From assembly GCA_042570545.1 (NCBI GenBank), contig JBHPGJ010000009.1, positions 1 to 60,623 on the forward strand: 60,623 nt of DNA, read 5' to 3'. Under the pieces are notes generated by a model. The model was not told the DNA's origin and did no database searches. It saw only the letters and a program-made list of their open reading frames with translations. The number at the start of each line of letters is the position of its first letter. Within the stretch, counting starts at the first letter, position 1. The stretch comes from Patescibacteria group bacterium (lineage in GTDB: Bacteria > Patescibacteriota > Patescibacteriia > JBHPGJ01). A program made the position numbers and the translations under genes. Positions 45,297 to 55,107 of the stretch are shown here, one piece after another.

Positions 45297-46271
45297 ATGA
45301 TCGGAAACAAAAAGGTACAAGAAATTATTTATAGACAAATAGACAAAGGGTTTTTACCGCATGCAAATCTATTCACTGGTCCAGATCATCTGGGAAAATT
45401 TTTATTAGCCAAAGAACTAGGCAATTATATAGTATGTCGAAATAGAAAAGGCAATGGTCAAGTATGTAATAAATGCATCGGCTGCCAAATAAATGAAAAA
45501 AGTAATTTATCTCAAGTAATTATTGTTAGTCCAAACGAAGATACTAATTTGATTAGCATCAATGAAATACGTTCTATAATAAAGGAACAGAAACTTACGA
45601 AACCTTTTAGTCTACCTTCTGTAATTATAATTAATGATGCCGATAAATTATCAGAATCAGCTGCCAATAGCATGTTGAAAATACTAGAGGAGCCGCCTAA
45701 TAAAACGTATTTTTTCATTATTACTAGCAAGCTAAATCACATTCCAAAGACAATAGCCTCAAGGTGTCAATTAATGTATTTTAAAAAAGTAAAAAAATCA
45801 GAAATAGTAGATTACTTAAAAAATAATACTAATTATTCAACAAGTGAAATTAGTGAGTTGGCCAGATACTCTCTCGGTTTACCAGGCAAGGTGATAGAAT
45901 GGAAAAATAACCATGATATGTTTATAGCCTACAAAAATTATCTTAAAAGTGTATTTAGATTATTGGCAGTTAATGATTTTAATACTAGCGTAAAAATTGC
46001 TGAAGATTTAACTAATAATTTCAACGATAAAGATTCAATTGTTGATTTGATGCAATCTATTCAATTGATAGTAAGAGATAAAATATTAATTGACTACAAT
46101 AATAAAGAATTATCAAATTTTACGAATTTATATCCAAAAAACTTTCGTCTGACAGGTGTTAATGACTTTATTCTTGCCGTTAATAAATCATTTAAATTGC
46201 TAAAAGATATTAAAATGAATGTAAATCAAAAATTGGCTTTTGAAAACTATTTAATACAAACCAGTAAATGA
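45297..46271 (+). CDS. holB: DNA polymerase III delta-prime subunit
   Basis: HANLFTGP..LGK, C..CxxCxxC zinc motif, AANSMLKILEEPP, TIASRC. Confidence 0.9.
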   Translation: MIGNKKVQEIIYRQIDKGFLPHANLFTGPDHLGKFLLAKELGNYIVCRNRKGNGQVCNKCIGCQINEKSNLSQVIIVSPNEDTNLISINEIRSIIKEQKLTKPFSLPSVIIINDADKLSESAANSMLKILEEPPNKTYFFIITSKLNHIPKTIASRCQLMYFKKVKKSEIVDYLKNNTNYSTSEISELARYSLGLPGKVIEWKNNHDMFIAYKNYLKSVFRLLAVNDFNTSVKIAEDLTNNFNDKDSIVDLMQSIQLIVRDKILIDYNNKELSNFTNLYPKNFRLTGVNDFILAVNKSFKLLKDIKMNVNQKLAFENYLIQTSK

Positions 46272-47326
46272 AATATATTAAAATAATATATTTATTATCT
46301 TTTATTTTATTATTCGGAGCTGGCTGCAGTATTTTTGGAGGTAAGACCGTCAATACCAACGATGGTGGTATCTTTCAGTCAGGTGATTTTGGCAACACTT
46401 GGCAAGCGATTAATTATGTAGGCCAAGATGGTAAAAATCAAATAACAATTAACAACGTTAATACCAAGCAGCTATTTTTCCATCCGCAGGATAAAAGTAC
46501 AATTTATTTGTTATCTCAAACACAAGGATTATATAAGACCGATAATGCTGGTGGTCAATGGCAATTATTAAACCAGAACCTGGGCCCAATCGGCAGTTTT
46601 GCCCAAGACGCTAAGGAACCGGAAACATTATACGCTTCCCGTGGAGGAAATATTTTAAAAACTGTGGATGAGGGTTTAAATTGGGAAACAATATATATTG
46701 AAAGTCGAGCTGGTCAATCTATTAGTTATATATTGGTAGATTTTTTTGATAATCAAAAAGTATATGCCGGTACAAATACCGGAGTATTATTATATAGTGT
46801 CAACGGTGGAGAAACATGGTCTATAAAATCGACACCAAATATTGCTATGAATATCATGATGTTTCACCCAGACGATAGCCGTATGATGTATATTATTTCT
46901 TATGGGGGTGGAATATGGCAATCAAAAGATAGTGGTGTTACTTGGTCAGTAATAACCGAACAATTGTATTCTACCAACAAAACTGCCTATCAGATTAATG
47001 ACTTTACTATTGATCCCAATAATCCAGAAAAAATGATGGTAGCAAGTAATTATGGTTTATTTATAACTGCCGATGCAGGTAAAAATTGGGAATTACTCGA
47101 ATCAACTATACTACCGGGAACGGTACCGATATTAACTGCTAATTTTGATCCAAATAAGAAGCCGATAATATATTTCACTGTGGGCAATAAGATGCATCGA
47201 TCCACTGACAATGGTCGCAATTGGTCGATTGTCGAAATACCAACGACCAGAAATATAACCGAAATGATTATTAATCCCGAAGATTCCACAATTATTTACA
47301 CCGGACTAACTCAACCAATAAAATAA
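46268..47326 (+). CDS. Putative lipoprotein with BNR/Asp-box beta-propeller (YCF48/sortilin-like)
   Basis: Lipobox-like FGAGC; repeated S/TxDxGxxW boxes (SGDFGNTW, TDNAGGQW, TVDEGLNW, SVNGGETW, SKDSGVTW, TADAGKNW, STDNGRNW). Confidence 0.85.
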   Translation: MKYIKIIYLLSFILLFGAGCSIFGGKTVNTNDGGIFQSGDFGNTWQAINYVGQDGKNQITINNVNTKQLFFHPQDKSTIYLLSQTQGLYKTDNAGGQWQLLNQNLGPIGSFAQDAKEPETLYASRGGNILKTVDEGLNWETIYIESRAGQSISYILVDFFDNQKVYAGTNTGVLLYSVNGGETWSIKSTPNIAMNIMMFHPDDSRMMYIISYGGGIWQSKDSGVTWSVITEQLYSTNKTAYQINDFTIDPNNPEKMMVASNYGLFITADAGKNWELLESTILPGTVPILTANFDPNKKPIIYFTVGNKMHRSTDNGRNWSIVEIPTTRNITEMIINPEDSTIIYTGLTQPIK

Positions 47327-47862
47327 TGGAACAAGGAAAAATAGATCAAATAATAAATCATCTAAAAGATGAATTTTCTAGTTTAAGAACGGGGCGAGCT
47401 ACTCCTTTGCTGGTAGAAAAAATATTAGTTGATGCTTACGGTTCAAAAATGCCGATAAATCAATTGGCAACCATTAATACACCGGAGCCGCTATCACTGT
47501 CAATCCAACCATTCGATCAGTCCAACATTAAAGCCATAGAAGAGGCAATACAAAAGTCTGATCTGGGACTTAATCCAGTAAATGAGGGGAAACTTTTAAG
47601 AATAGTCATTCCGGCTATGACCGAAGAAAGACGAACTGAGTTAAATAAGTTAATAAAAGAAAAGACCGAATTAGCTAGAGTGGCTATTAGAAAATTGCGT
47701 GATGAATCAATAAAAATAATAAGACAAGATGAAAAATCAGGATCAATTACAGAAGACGATAAATTTACATTTGAAAAAGACTTACAAAAAACCGTTGATG
47801 AAAACATAAAGGACATCAACGATTTATTGGCCGATAAAGAAAAAGAAATATTAAGTGTTTGA
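47326..47862 (+). CDS. frr: Ribosome recycling factor
   Basis: LRTGRATP, AYG, IQPFD, SDLGLNP, MTEERR, ITEDD, KEKEIL. Confidence 0.98.
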   Translation: MEQGKIDQIINHLKDEFSSLRTGRATPLLVEKILVDAYGSKMPINQLATINTPEPLSLSIQPFDQSNIKAIEEAIQKSDLGLNPVNEGKLLRIVIPAMTEERRTELNKLIKEKTELARVAIRKLRDESIKIIRQDEKSGSITEDDKFTFEKDLQKTVDENIKDINDLLADKEKEILSV

Positions 47863-47865
47863 TAA

Positions 47866-48975
47866 ATGATTATTTCAATAATTACATTTGTTGTAGTTTT
47901 TAGCATCATAATATTTGTCCATGAACTTGGTCACTTTTTTACCGCCAAGAAATTTGGCGTCAACGTAGAAGAGTTTGGTTTTGGTTTTCCACCACGAATA
48001 TTTGGAATAAAACGCGGGAAAACGATCTACTCAATAAATTGGATACCATTCGGCGGTTTTGTGAGACTCAAGGGAGAGGGCGGTGAAAATAAAGACGATT
48101 CTGATAGTTTTGCCAGTAAATCCGTATTTAAAAGATCTATCATACTTTCTAGCGGAGTAATCATGAATGTGATATTGGCGATGGTGTTGCTAATAATATC
48201 TTATAATATTGGGGTACCATCAACAATTGATGAAAATACAAGTGGAAATATAACAAATCGACAAGTACAGATAGTCGAGATTGAAAAAAATACACCAGCC
48301 GAACAAGCTGAGCTAAAACCAGCGGATATTATTAAATCAATTAACAATCAGATTATTATAAGTACGAATGATCTACAAACCATAGTGAGGTCAAGTGAGG
48401 GGACGGCTTTAAATTTCGAAGTGGTAAGAGATGAAGATACTATCAATAAAACTATAATTCCTGAGAAGCTAGAAGATGATTTAAATCCTAAGATTGGTGT
48501 TAGTTTAGTAGCTACCGGAATAATTAAATTTCCTTGGTATCAAACTATTTGGGAGGGGACCAAAAATACTGTTATATTGATTTGGGAAATTATAAAGGGC
48601 TTTTCCACTATAATAAAAGATTTAGTAATTACTCAAAAAGTAAGTGTAGATATTGCTGGACCAGTGGGCATAGCCGTACTTACTGGACGGGTAGCTGACT
48701 TAGGTATTTTATATATATTACAGTTTATTATAGTACTGTCGTTAACTTTAGCCGTGATAAATATTGTGCCATTTCCCGCGCTAGACGGTGGTAGATTGTT
48801 GTTTGTAATAATAGAAAAAATAAGAGGCCGGCCGATGAATCAAAAGGTTGAAGGTTTAATACACGGCATTGGTTTTTATTTGTTGATAATTATGCTTATA
48901 GTTGTTAGTTTTCGAGATGTACAAAGATTTGAAATTGGCACGAAAATAAATGATTTGTTTAAAAATATTTTTTAA
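47866..48975 (+). CDS. rseP: RIP metalloprotease RseP (M50, one PDZ domain)
   Basis: HELGH, FGFGFPP, IPFGGFV, GPVGI, NIVPFPALDGG. Confidence 0.95.
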   Translation: MIISIITFVVVFSIIIFVHELGHFFTAKKFGVNVEEFGFGFPPRIFGIKRGKTIYSINWIPFGGFVRLKGEGGENKDDSDSFASKSVFKRSIILSSGVIMNVILAMVLLIISYNIGVPSTIDENTSGNITNRQVQIVEIEKNTPAEQAELKPADIIKSINNQIIISTNDLQTIVRSSEGTALNFEVVRDEDTINKTIIPEKLEDDLNPKIGVSLVATGIIKFPWYQTIWEGTKNTVILIWEIIKGFSTIIKDLVITQKVSVDIAGPVGIAVLTGRVADLGILYILQFIIVLSLTLAVINIVPFPALDGGRLLFVIIEKIRGRPMNQKVEGLIHGIGFYLLIIMLIVVSFRDVQRFEIGTKINDLFKNIF

Positions 48976-48977
48976 TA

Positions 48978-50210
48978 ATGAAACAGAGTAAAGCTTTTAT
49001 TAAAACACTAAGACAACCACCCGCAGGCGAGAAAAGCGCCAACGCTAAGTTATTAGAGCAAGCTGGTTATATCAGTAAATTAATGGCCGGAGTATATACA
49101 TACTTACCACTCGGTCTTAAGGTGTTTAATAACATTAGCAATATAATAAGAAAAGAAATGTATTCACTCGGAGCAGAAGAATTATATATGCCAGCCCTGC
49201 AGCCAAAAGAATTATGGAATCAGACAAATAGATGGCAAGAATTATCACCGATAATGTACCAATTTAAAGATAATTCAGAACACGAAGTTGGCTTGGCCAC
49301 AACTCACGAAGAAACAATAACATTGATAATGAGTGATAAAATTAATTCCTACAAAGATTTACCGTTTAGCCTTTTTCAAATACAGGATAAATTCCGAGAT
49401 GAACCAAGGGCCAGGTCTGGTCTGATTAGGGGTAGAGAATTTTCTATGAAGGATTTATACAGTTTTCATGCTGATGAAGATGATTTGAATAAATTTTATG
49501 ATAAATCTAAAATTGCCTACCATAATATATTTAATAATTGTGGCTTAGAAGCAATTATTATTGAAGCCTCTGGTGGAAGTTTTACTAAGCAGTATTCACA
49601 TGAGTTCCAAGTAATATGCGAATCAGGTGAGGATAAACTAGTCTATTGCCAAAATTGTAAATTTGCCCAAAACAAAGAAATCAGCAAAACCACAGAATGT
49701 CCAAACTGCAAACACAAATTAAATGAGTACCGTGGTATAGAAGTCGGCAATATTTTCAAATTAGGTACAAAATTTAGTAAGTCATTAAATCTTAATTATT
49801 CAGACAAAGATGGTAAATTACATCCGGTGGTTATGGCTAGCTATGGTATTGGTCCGGGAAGAGTGATGGCCACTATAGTTGAAGTAAATCATGACCAGGA
49901 TGGTATTATCTGGCCCACTAGCGTTGCTCCTTATGAATTACATTTACTGTTGTTGAGCAAAGATAAAACTATCATCAAACAAGCTGAAGAATTATATATT
50001 ACTTTATCAGAAAATCATTCCATATTATTTGATGATAGATCGGTACAGGCCGGAGTAAAGTTAAAAGACTCCGATTTAATTGGTATACCTCACCGGTTGA
50101 TCTTAAGCGATAAGACAACAGGAGGAAAGTTAGAATATAAAAAAAGATCAGAAAAAAAGACTTCAAGTATTGATATTAATAAAGTAACCGAGTTGTTAAA
50201 AAATGATTAA
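48978..50210 (+). CDS. proS: Proline-tRNA ligase, short form without INS editing domain
   Basis: GVYTYLPLG, TTHEE, KFRDEPRARSGLIRGREFSMKDLYSF, GIEVGNIFKLG, MASYGIG. Confidence 0.96.
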   Translation: MKQSKAFIKTLRQPPAGEKSANAKLLEQAGYISKLMAGVYTYLPLGLKVFNNISNIIRKEMYSLGAEELYMPALQPKELWNQTNRWQELSPIMYQFKDNSEHEVGLATTHEETITLIMSDKINSYKDLPFSLFQIQDKFRDEPRARSGLIRGREFSMKDLYSFHADEDDLNKFYDKSKIAYHNIFNNCGLEAIIIEASGGSFTKQYSHEFQVICESGEDKLVYCQNCKFAQNKEISKTTECPNCKHKLNEYRGIEVGNIFKLGTKFSKSLNLNYSDKDGKLHPVVMASYGIGPGRVMATIVEVNHDQDGIIWPTSVAPYELHLLLLSKDKTIIKQAEELYITLSENHSILFDDRSVQAGVKLKDSDLIGIPHRLILSDKTTGGKLEYKKRSEKKTSSIDINKVTELLKND

Positions 50211-51258
50211 TCGCATTCTGGGATCAATATCAAAAGATATGGGTATAGACTTAGGAACTGCCAATACACTTGTATACGTTAAAGACAGGGGAATAGTTAT
50301 TAATGAACCATCGGTAATTGCATTAAATACCAGAAATAATCAAATCTTAGCTGTCGGTGAAGCTGCCCAGAAAATGGTCGGCAAGACACCGGCTCATATT
50401 ATAGCAAGTCGTCCCTTGGTTGATGGAGTAATATCTGATTTTGAAGTAACCGAAAGGATGCTTAAACATTTTATAGATAAAGTACATCGTGAATCATTTA
50501 GCTTTATGCCTCGTCCTCGGGTTGTTATTGGTATACCGCTTGGGGTGACTGAGGTAGAGAAAAAAGCTGTCGTCGATGCCAGTATGCATGCCGGAGCTCG
50601 TGAAGTATTTTTAATTGAAGAGCCTATGGCTGCTGCTATTGGGGCCAGAATGCCCATTCAAGATGCCGCTGGTAATATGATCGTTGATATCGGAGGTGGT
50701 ACCACGGAAATTGCAGTAATTTCATTGGGTGGTGTAGTTTCTTGGCGATCATTGAGAATCGCTGGCGACGAGCTAAATAATGATATTATTCAATACGCCC
50801 GAGATCATGATAACTTACTTTTAGGTGAGAGAACGGCTGAGGAAATTAAAATAAAAATTGGTTCAGCAGTTGAAATGAAAGAACCATTAATTGCGAAAAT
50901 CAGAGGACGGGATTTGGTTACTGGTTTACCAAAGGAGATAAATACCTCAAGTGCCCATTTGCGAGAAGCAATGATGAAATCGATAAGGACTATAGTAGAT
51001 AATATAAAAAATACAATAGAAGATACACCGCCTGAACTAGTGGCTGATTTACATGAAAGGGGAATATTTTTAACGGGTGGTGGTGCGTTATTGCGCGGTT
51101 TGGATAATATGATTAAGACCGAAACGCATATTAATGTCCACGTTGCTGATGATCCCTTAACAGGAGTTGTCAGGGGGACCGGTATAGTGCTTGATGATCT
51201 TGATAGCCTAAAAGAAGTGTTGGTGCTATCAGGCGACGATGAAAGATTAGATTTTTAA
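50203..51258 (+). CDS. mreB: Rod shape-determining protein MreB
   Basis: GIDLGTANT, EEPMAAAIGA, VDIGGGTTE, LTGGGALL; first gene of mreBCD-mrdA. Confidence 0.97.
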   Translation: MINRILGSISKDMGIDLGTANTLVYVKDRGIVINEPSVIALNTRNNQILAVGEAAQKMVGKTPAHIIASRPLVDGVISDFEVTERMLKHFIDKVHRESFSFMPRPRVVIGIPLGVTEVEKKAVVDASMHAGAREVFLIEEPMAAAIGARMPIQDAAGNMIVDIGGGTTEIAVISLGGVVSWRSLRIAGDELNNDIIQYARDHDNLLLGERTAEEIKIKIGSAVEMKEPLIAKIRGRDLVTGLPKEINTSSAHLREAMMKSIRTIVDNIKNTIEDTPPELVADLHERGIFLTGGGALLRGLDNMIKTETHINVHVADDPLTGVVRGTGIVLDDLDSLKEVLVLSGDDERLDF

Positions 51259-51262
51259 TAAC

Positions 51263-52072
51263 ATGGCAAAAGTAAACAGGATTTACAATTCTCGCTTTGT
51301 TGTAATTATAACAGTAATATTATTATTAATATTGTTATATTATTTGGGAGTTCTAAAACCCGTCGATGGTGCAATAAGTTTTGTCCTCAGGCCATTTCAA
51401 TCCGTTGCCAGTTCAATCACTAGCGGTTTTAAAAATATAACTGATCCATTTTCATCGGTCATGTCTTTACAGACTGAAAATGAAGATCTTAGACAGAAAA
51501 ATAATGAACTTAATATTAGAATTAGCGAACTTCAAAATTACATATCTGAGCAATTTCAAATTAATATACAACAAGAATTTCTAGTCAGTAAAAATTTGGA
51601 ATTCGTATCAGCTAGAGTTACGGGTAAAAGTAGTGATCTATCATTTCGTACATTAATTATTGATAAAGGTATAAATAACGGTATAAAAGTAGGACAGCCA
51701 GCTGTAATTAATGAAGGTGTATTGATTGGTATAGTTCAAAAAACTGAAATAAATCATTCAGAAATATTACTAATTAATGATAATCGCAGTACCATAAATT
51801 CTCAGGTGCAAAATGATAATCAAACATCAGGCATAGTTTATGGTCAATTTTCATCAAGCTTGTCGATGGAATTGATTCCGCAAGGTGATCCAATTGAAAT
51901 AAATGATCTAATTGTGACTGCTGACGATGACGAAGTTCCCTCTGGTCTGATAATTGGCCGAGTAGTTGAAGTAAATAATAGTCCTGGTGAGTTATTTCAG
52001 ACAGCCTTGATTTTGCCGCTAGCTAAGCTTGAAAATATTTCTGTAGTTAGTATTATCACTAGCAGCCTATGA
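51263..52072 (+). CDS. mreC: Rod shape-determining protein MreC
   Basis: TM, coiled coil (LQTENEDL), IIDKG..NGIKVG, PSGLIIGRV. Confidence 0.92.
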   Translation: MAKVNRIYNSRFVVIITVILLLILLYYLGVLKPVDGAISFVLRPFQSVASSITSGFKNITDPFSSVMSLQTENEDLRQKNNELNIRISELQNYISEQFQINIQQEFLVSKNLEFVSARVTGKSSDLSFRTLIIDKGINNGIKVGQPAVINEGVLIGIVQKTEINHSEILLINDNRSTINSQVQNDNQTSGIVYGQFSSSLSMELIPQGDPIEINDLIVTADDDEVPSGLIIGRVVEVNNSPGELFQTALILPLAKLENISVVSIITSSL

Positions 52073-52593
52073 TCAGAAAATTCATATTAGCCAGCATATT
52101 ATTACTTTTAATAATCACTATACAATTGAGCGTATTACCGTCTTTTGGTTTATCAACCTATATAAATTTATATCTAGTATTTACGCTAATGCTGATTTTA
52201 TATATAGGTATCTCTAAAACAATATGGTGGATTTTGGCCGGAGCCGTTATTATTGATTTTTATTCAATACTGCCTTTTGGCATAACGCTTATCAGTTATA
52301 TGGTGACGATATTATTCGCAAATTTATTAGCCGAAAGATGGCTAACCAACAGATCCTATACCACCCTGGGCATATTGATGCTCATTGCCACTGTATTATT
52401 TATTATAATAAAATTTGTTGGCATCAATCTGGTATACTGGCTTAATATTTCAAATTTAAATATTTCCTTATCATCACAATTAATTATGATATCTTTTTAT
52501 CAAGTAATATTTAATAGTTTACTGGCAATATTTATTTTTTTAACCACCAGATCTTCACGCTTTGCTAATCCGAACATAGAGCAACATATATAA
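52069..52593 (+). CDS. mreD: MreD-like membrane protein
   Basis: About five TMs, GAVIIDFYS..PFG; lies between mreC and mrdA. Confidence 0.75.
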   Translation: MIRKFILASILLLLIITIQLSVLPSFGLSTYINLYLVFTLMLILYIGISKTIWWILAGAVIIDFYSILPFGITLISYMVTILFANLLAERWLTNRSYTTLGILMLIATVLFIIIKFVGINLVYWLNISNLNISLSSQLIMISFYQVIFNSLLAIFIFLTTRSSRFANPNIEQHI

Positions 52594-54495
52594 ATGCCTA
52601 GAGTTGACCCATTTAAAATATTTGGTACGACCGAAGAGATTAAAGATCCGGTTATCGATAAATATGTCCAATCACGTTGGCAGGGGGACGAATATTCACC
52701 GGAACGTAGTAATCAGTCAAAAGAAGAAATTACCGTACCACGTAATCGCTACATGTGGCTTTCGATTGTTGTTAGTGTAGCAATCTTTTTAATAATAGTG
52801 CGGGTGTTTAGCCTGCAAATAGTAAGCGGAGCAGAATACAGAGATAAGGCTGAAAATAATAGGATTAAGCTTGAGGTAATATCAGCACCGCGCGGTATAA
52901 TATTTGATAGACATGGTTCGCCATTCGTTGAAAACGTACCAAATTTTAGTATTTGGTTTAACGCTCAAGACAAAAGCGATGATCAATCATATCTGGAAAA
53001 CATTTCAGCTATTAGCAGTACTTCTATAGACGATATTAAGAATGCCATAAATGAAAGTAATGATTTATCTAATGTTGAAATCAGGACCGGTGTAGAGTAT
53101 TTTGAGGCGCTTGATCTAAAAGTTAAACTTAAGGATATTGAAGATGTAAATCTAATGGTTAATGCTAAAAGAATATATCCGAGTGGTCCAGCCTTTTCTC
53201 ATTTACTCGGCTATACTGGATTGATATCACCGGAAGAATTTGATATTGAGGATAGATATTTATTTAATGACTATATTGGAAAAGAAGGCATTGAAAAAGA
53301 ATATGAAAAATATCTTGATGGCACTGATGGTGGACAGCAAATTGAAAGAGACAGTAAAAATAGTACTCAGCGAATAATAGCATCAGCTGATCCTGTTCCT
53401 GGTGATAGCATAACCCTTACAGTAGATAGCAATTTACAAAATGTATTATATACAGCTCTCGAGAATGAAGTAGAAAATAATGTTAATGCTACCGGTGGTG
53501 CAGCGGTGGCCATTGATCCACGTACGGGTGCGATATTATCACTTGTTTCGTATCCTTCATACGATAATAATCAATTATACTCAGGAGATGATGAAGGATA
53601 TATTAATAATATTTTTAACGATCCACGAACTCCACTGTTTAATCGGGCAATCTCAGGAGAATATCCACCCGGTTCAACTATAAAACCGTTGATAGCAACA
53701 GCTGCTTTACAAGAAGGTACTATTACAGAAAATACTACGATCTTAAGCACTGGTGGATTTCAGATTAAACAGTGGTATTTTCCTGACTGGAAAAGCGGCG
53801 GACATGGTGTTACTGACGTTAGAAAAGCCATTGCCGAATCAGTAAATACATTTTTCTACACTATAGGTGGTGGACGTGATGATTATACTGGCTTAGGCAT
53901 TAGTAATATTACCAATTATGCTAGACGATTTGGATTAGGTGATCAATTGGGTATTGATTTACCAAACGAGAGTAGTGGATTTTTGCCATCAAAAGAATGG
54001 AAAGAGGAAACAAAGGGGGAATCTTGGTATATTGGCGATACTTATCATGCCGCGATTGGTCAAGGTGATATATTGGTTACACCACTTCAAGTTGCTTCGG
54101 TGACAGCTACTATAGCTAATGGCGGAACTGTTTATCGGCCACATTTGTTAGAGAAAATTAACAACTATCAAAACGATAATATAAAAACTGAATCAATTGA
54201 AGCGTTGAGAGAAAACATAATTTCACCATATATAACAAAGATTGTGCGAGAGGGTATGAGACAAGCGGTAACATCTGGCAGTTCAAGAGCTTTATCTAAT
54301 TTTAAGGTCCCTGTAGCCGGTAAAACTGGTACGGCTCAAACAGCCGGAGAAACTTATCATGCTTGGTTTACTGGTTTTGCGCCTTATGATTCTCCAGAAA
54401 TAGTTATCACGGCCATGGTGGAGAATGGCGGCGAAGGACACACAGCTGCGTTGCCGGTTGTAAGAGAAGGATTGAGCGAATATTTTAAGCAATAA
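52594..54495 (+). CDS. mrdA: Penicillin-binding protein 2 (class B)
   Basis: APRGIIFDR, GKEGIE, YPPGSTIK (SxxK), SVN (SxN), AGKTGTAQ (KTG), HAWFTGFAP. Confidence 0.95.
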   Translation: MPRVDPFKIFGTTEEIKDPVIDKYVQSRWQGDEYSPERSNQSKEEITVPRNRYMWLSIVVSVAIFLIIVRVFSLQIVSGAEYRDKAENNRIKLEVISAPRGIIFDRHGSPFVENVPNFSIWFNAQDKSDDQSYLENISAISSTSIDDIKNAINESNDLSNVEIRTGVEYFEALDLKVKLKDIEDVNLMVNAKRIYPSGPAFSHLLGYTGLISPEEFDIEDRYLFNDYIGKEGIEKEYEKYLDGTDGGQQIERDSKNSTQRIIASADPVPGDSITLTVDSNLQNVLYTALENEVENNVNATGGAAVAIDPRTGAILSLVSYPSYDNNQLYSGDDEGYINNIFNDPRTPLFNRAISGEYPPGSTIKPLIATAALQEGTITENTTILSTGGFQIKQWYFPDWKSGGHGVTDVRKAIAESVNTFFYTIGGGRDDYTGLGISNITNYARRFGLGDQLGIDLPNESSGFLPSKEWKEETKGESWYIGDTYHAAIGQGDILVTPLQVASVTATIANGGTVYRPHLLEKINNYQNDNIKTESIEALRENIISPYITKIVREGMRQAVTSGSSRALSNFKVPVAGKTGTAQTAGETYHAWFTGFAPYDSPEIVITAMVENGGEGHTAALPVVREGLSEYFKQ

Positions 54496-54512
54496 ATATG
54501 TGGAAACATACC

Positions 54513-54541
54513 TTGACATAACCTTGTGGCTATATTATTTT
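54513..54541 (+). promoter_or_regulatory. Putative promoter for greA
   Basis: TTGACA (54513-54518), 17 bp spacer, TATTTT (54536-54541). Confidence 0.5.
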
Positions 54542-54578
54542 CTCATAAGTTATAAAGGCATCATTTGAAACCGACAAT

Positions 54579-55046
54579 ATGGAAGATGAACAAACATATC
54601 TAACAAAAGAAGGTTTTGAAAAACTGAATAAAGAGCTGAACGATTTGAAAACCGTTAAGCGTAAAGAGGTGGCTAAAAGGATTTACGAAGCTAAAGAACT
54701 AGGCGATTTATCAGAAAATGCTGAATATGCTGAAGCAAAAAACGAACAATCCTTCATTGAAGGAAGAATTATTGAGTTGGAGAATATATTGAAAACAGCA
54801 ACCCTTATTGATAATAATAAACAGAAAAAAGATTCGGTCATGGTTGGTTCGACAATTATTATTAAGACCGACGAAGGTGAAAAAACATATATAATTGTTG
54901 GATCGAATGAAGCCAATCCACTTGAGGGCAAAATATCAAACGTATCGCCGCTCGGTAAGGCCTTTATTGGTAAGAAATTAGGCGAGTCTATTGACATTGA
55001 AGTGCCTCGCGGTAAGAAAAAAGTAACAATAATAGATATTAATTAA
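54579..55046 (+). CDS. greA: Transcription elongation factor GreA
   Basis: LTKEG, GDLSENAEY, IEGRI, ISNVSPLGKA. Confidence 0.97.
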   Translation: MEDEQTYLTKEGFEKLNKELNDLKTVKRKEVAKRIYEAKELGDLSENAEYAEAKNEQSFIEGRIIELENILKTATLIDNNKQKKDSVMVGSTIIIKTDEGEKTYIIVGSNEANPLEGKISNVSPLGKAFIGKKLGESIDIEVPRGKKKVTIIDIN

Positions 55047-55078
55047 AATCAAAAGCCAATATTAATAGGATGTTTTGG

Positions 55079-55107
55079 TTGCGTTGATGTAAAATAATAA
55101 TTATAAT
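55079..55107 (+). promoter_or_regulatory. Putative promoter giving a leaderless lysS mRNA
   Basis: TTGCGT (55079-55084), 17 bp spacer, TATAAT (55102-55107); in-frame ATG at 55114 falls at the expected +1. Confidence 0.55.

Noticed and set aside
54497-54510. TATGT-GGAA-ACATA hairpin after mrdA as a terminator
   Set aside because: Only 5 mostly A-T pairs and no U-tract; too weak to call.
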